This document shows, one piece after another, positions 62,967 to 64,000 of a stretch of 64,000 nt of DNA. The DNA is taken from assembly GCF_009914755.1 (NCBI RefSeq), contig NC_060945.1, one strand, 5' to 3'. Below the pieces are notes generated by a model. The model ran no database searches. It saw only the letters and a program-made list of their open reading frames with translations, and was not told the DNA's origin. Position 1 is the stretch's first letter. Each line of letters starts with the position of its first letter. The position numbers and the translations under genes were made by a program. The DNA is from the human T2T-CHM13v2.0 reference genome, Homo sapiens.

Positions 62967-63691
62967 AAGAAATTACCAGGTCATTTCCAATTCTCAATAT
63001 TAAAAAAAAGTTTATTTCTTACTGCACTATCAAATTGGAAAGGTCAGTACAGGGGCATTCAATAATAGTAAAAATATGAATAACAATCATGTATAACAAC
63101 AGAATCATTTAAAAAGATGTATATTTAAAATGTGATTATTGCATTTTATTTCCCCTGGCAGAAAATAATAAACTGGAGAAAAATCACATTTGATTGATGT
63201 CTGTTACATGGATTTTTAAAATTTGTATCAATGAATGCTTTTTAAAGGTAAACTAATTGAGGCCTACCGAAGGTAAATAAATCTTTAGTTATTTTGGTAA
63301 ATATATTTTACAGTTTCATTCTTTTTCAACTTAAGTTAGATAATAGGTACTATATTCTCTCCTAATGTAAATGTTTACGAGCATTGAAACTCCATCTGGA
63401 GAAAATAGAAACACTTTTAATTTAAATGACATTTGAAGAAGGAAATGTATAAATGTATTCAAAACTGTAAGTGAAAATGGGAAGGTCCTATTAAAAAAAA
63501 AAGAAAGGACAAACACTTTCCAATGACCTTTCTATAATATTAGCAAATTTATTATGATCTGTTATGAAAGACTGTTTTGCCTTCCTTGTTTCTACTGTCT
63601 CAACTGCCTAAGTACTAATTCAATTGAAAAGTAACTTCAGGTATGGGTCCATTTTAATGTCCCTCTACAAGATCTGCAGTGCCATTAATTA

Positions 63692-63795
63692 CAATCATAT
63701 AATCTTAGAGCCAAGGACCCTTAGAGATTATCTAATCCTATTCTATTAATGCATGATGAAATGGGCTTAGCAATCTGTCTAAGGTTACACAAATT
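63692..63795 (-). mobile_element. MIR3/MIRc fragment
   Basis: aatcatataatcttagagc...ccttagagattatctaatcc...ctgtctaaggttacaca. Confidence 0.5.
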
Positions 63796-64000
63796 CAAAA
63801 ACACATAGAAAGTTTTCATAATCAAATTAAATTAAAAGTATAAAACAATGTCACTAATTTATGTATAAGAAAATATTAAATATCATTTTATATGAAGTGA
63901 TTCTGATAATTTTAATGAGTTCATAACAATGCTTCTAAATATTTCAAAATTTTAGTTTATCATCCAAATATGATAATACTATACACTTTTATAAGTGAGT

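Overview
Human-type, very AT-rich, repeat-dominated DNA with no protein-coding gene I can support. The window holds an RPL7A processed pseudogene split by an AluYg6, about a dozen Alu elements (including young Yg6, Yb-type and Ya5 copies), several L1 fragments (L1PA3, PA7, PA10, PA16, L1M), MaLR/ERVL/ERV1 solo LTRs including an LTR12F-like promoter LTR, DNA-transposon relics and microsatellites. The most notable features are: (1) a 160-bp, nearly perfect mitochondrial insertion (NUMT; partial OL plus complete tRNA-Cys and tRNA-Tyr) with AGATC repeated on both sides; (2) an apparent L1 3' transduction sitting inside a Tigger4a element; (3) a pristine AluYb carrying only part of the Yb8 diagnostic set; (4) a 5'-intact but 3'-truncated, tailed RPL7A retrocopy. 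I found no evidence for a new multi-gene biological system. Repeat family names and mtDNA comparisons come from recalled consensus sequences, not from database searches, and boundaries of old repeats are approximate.
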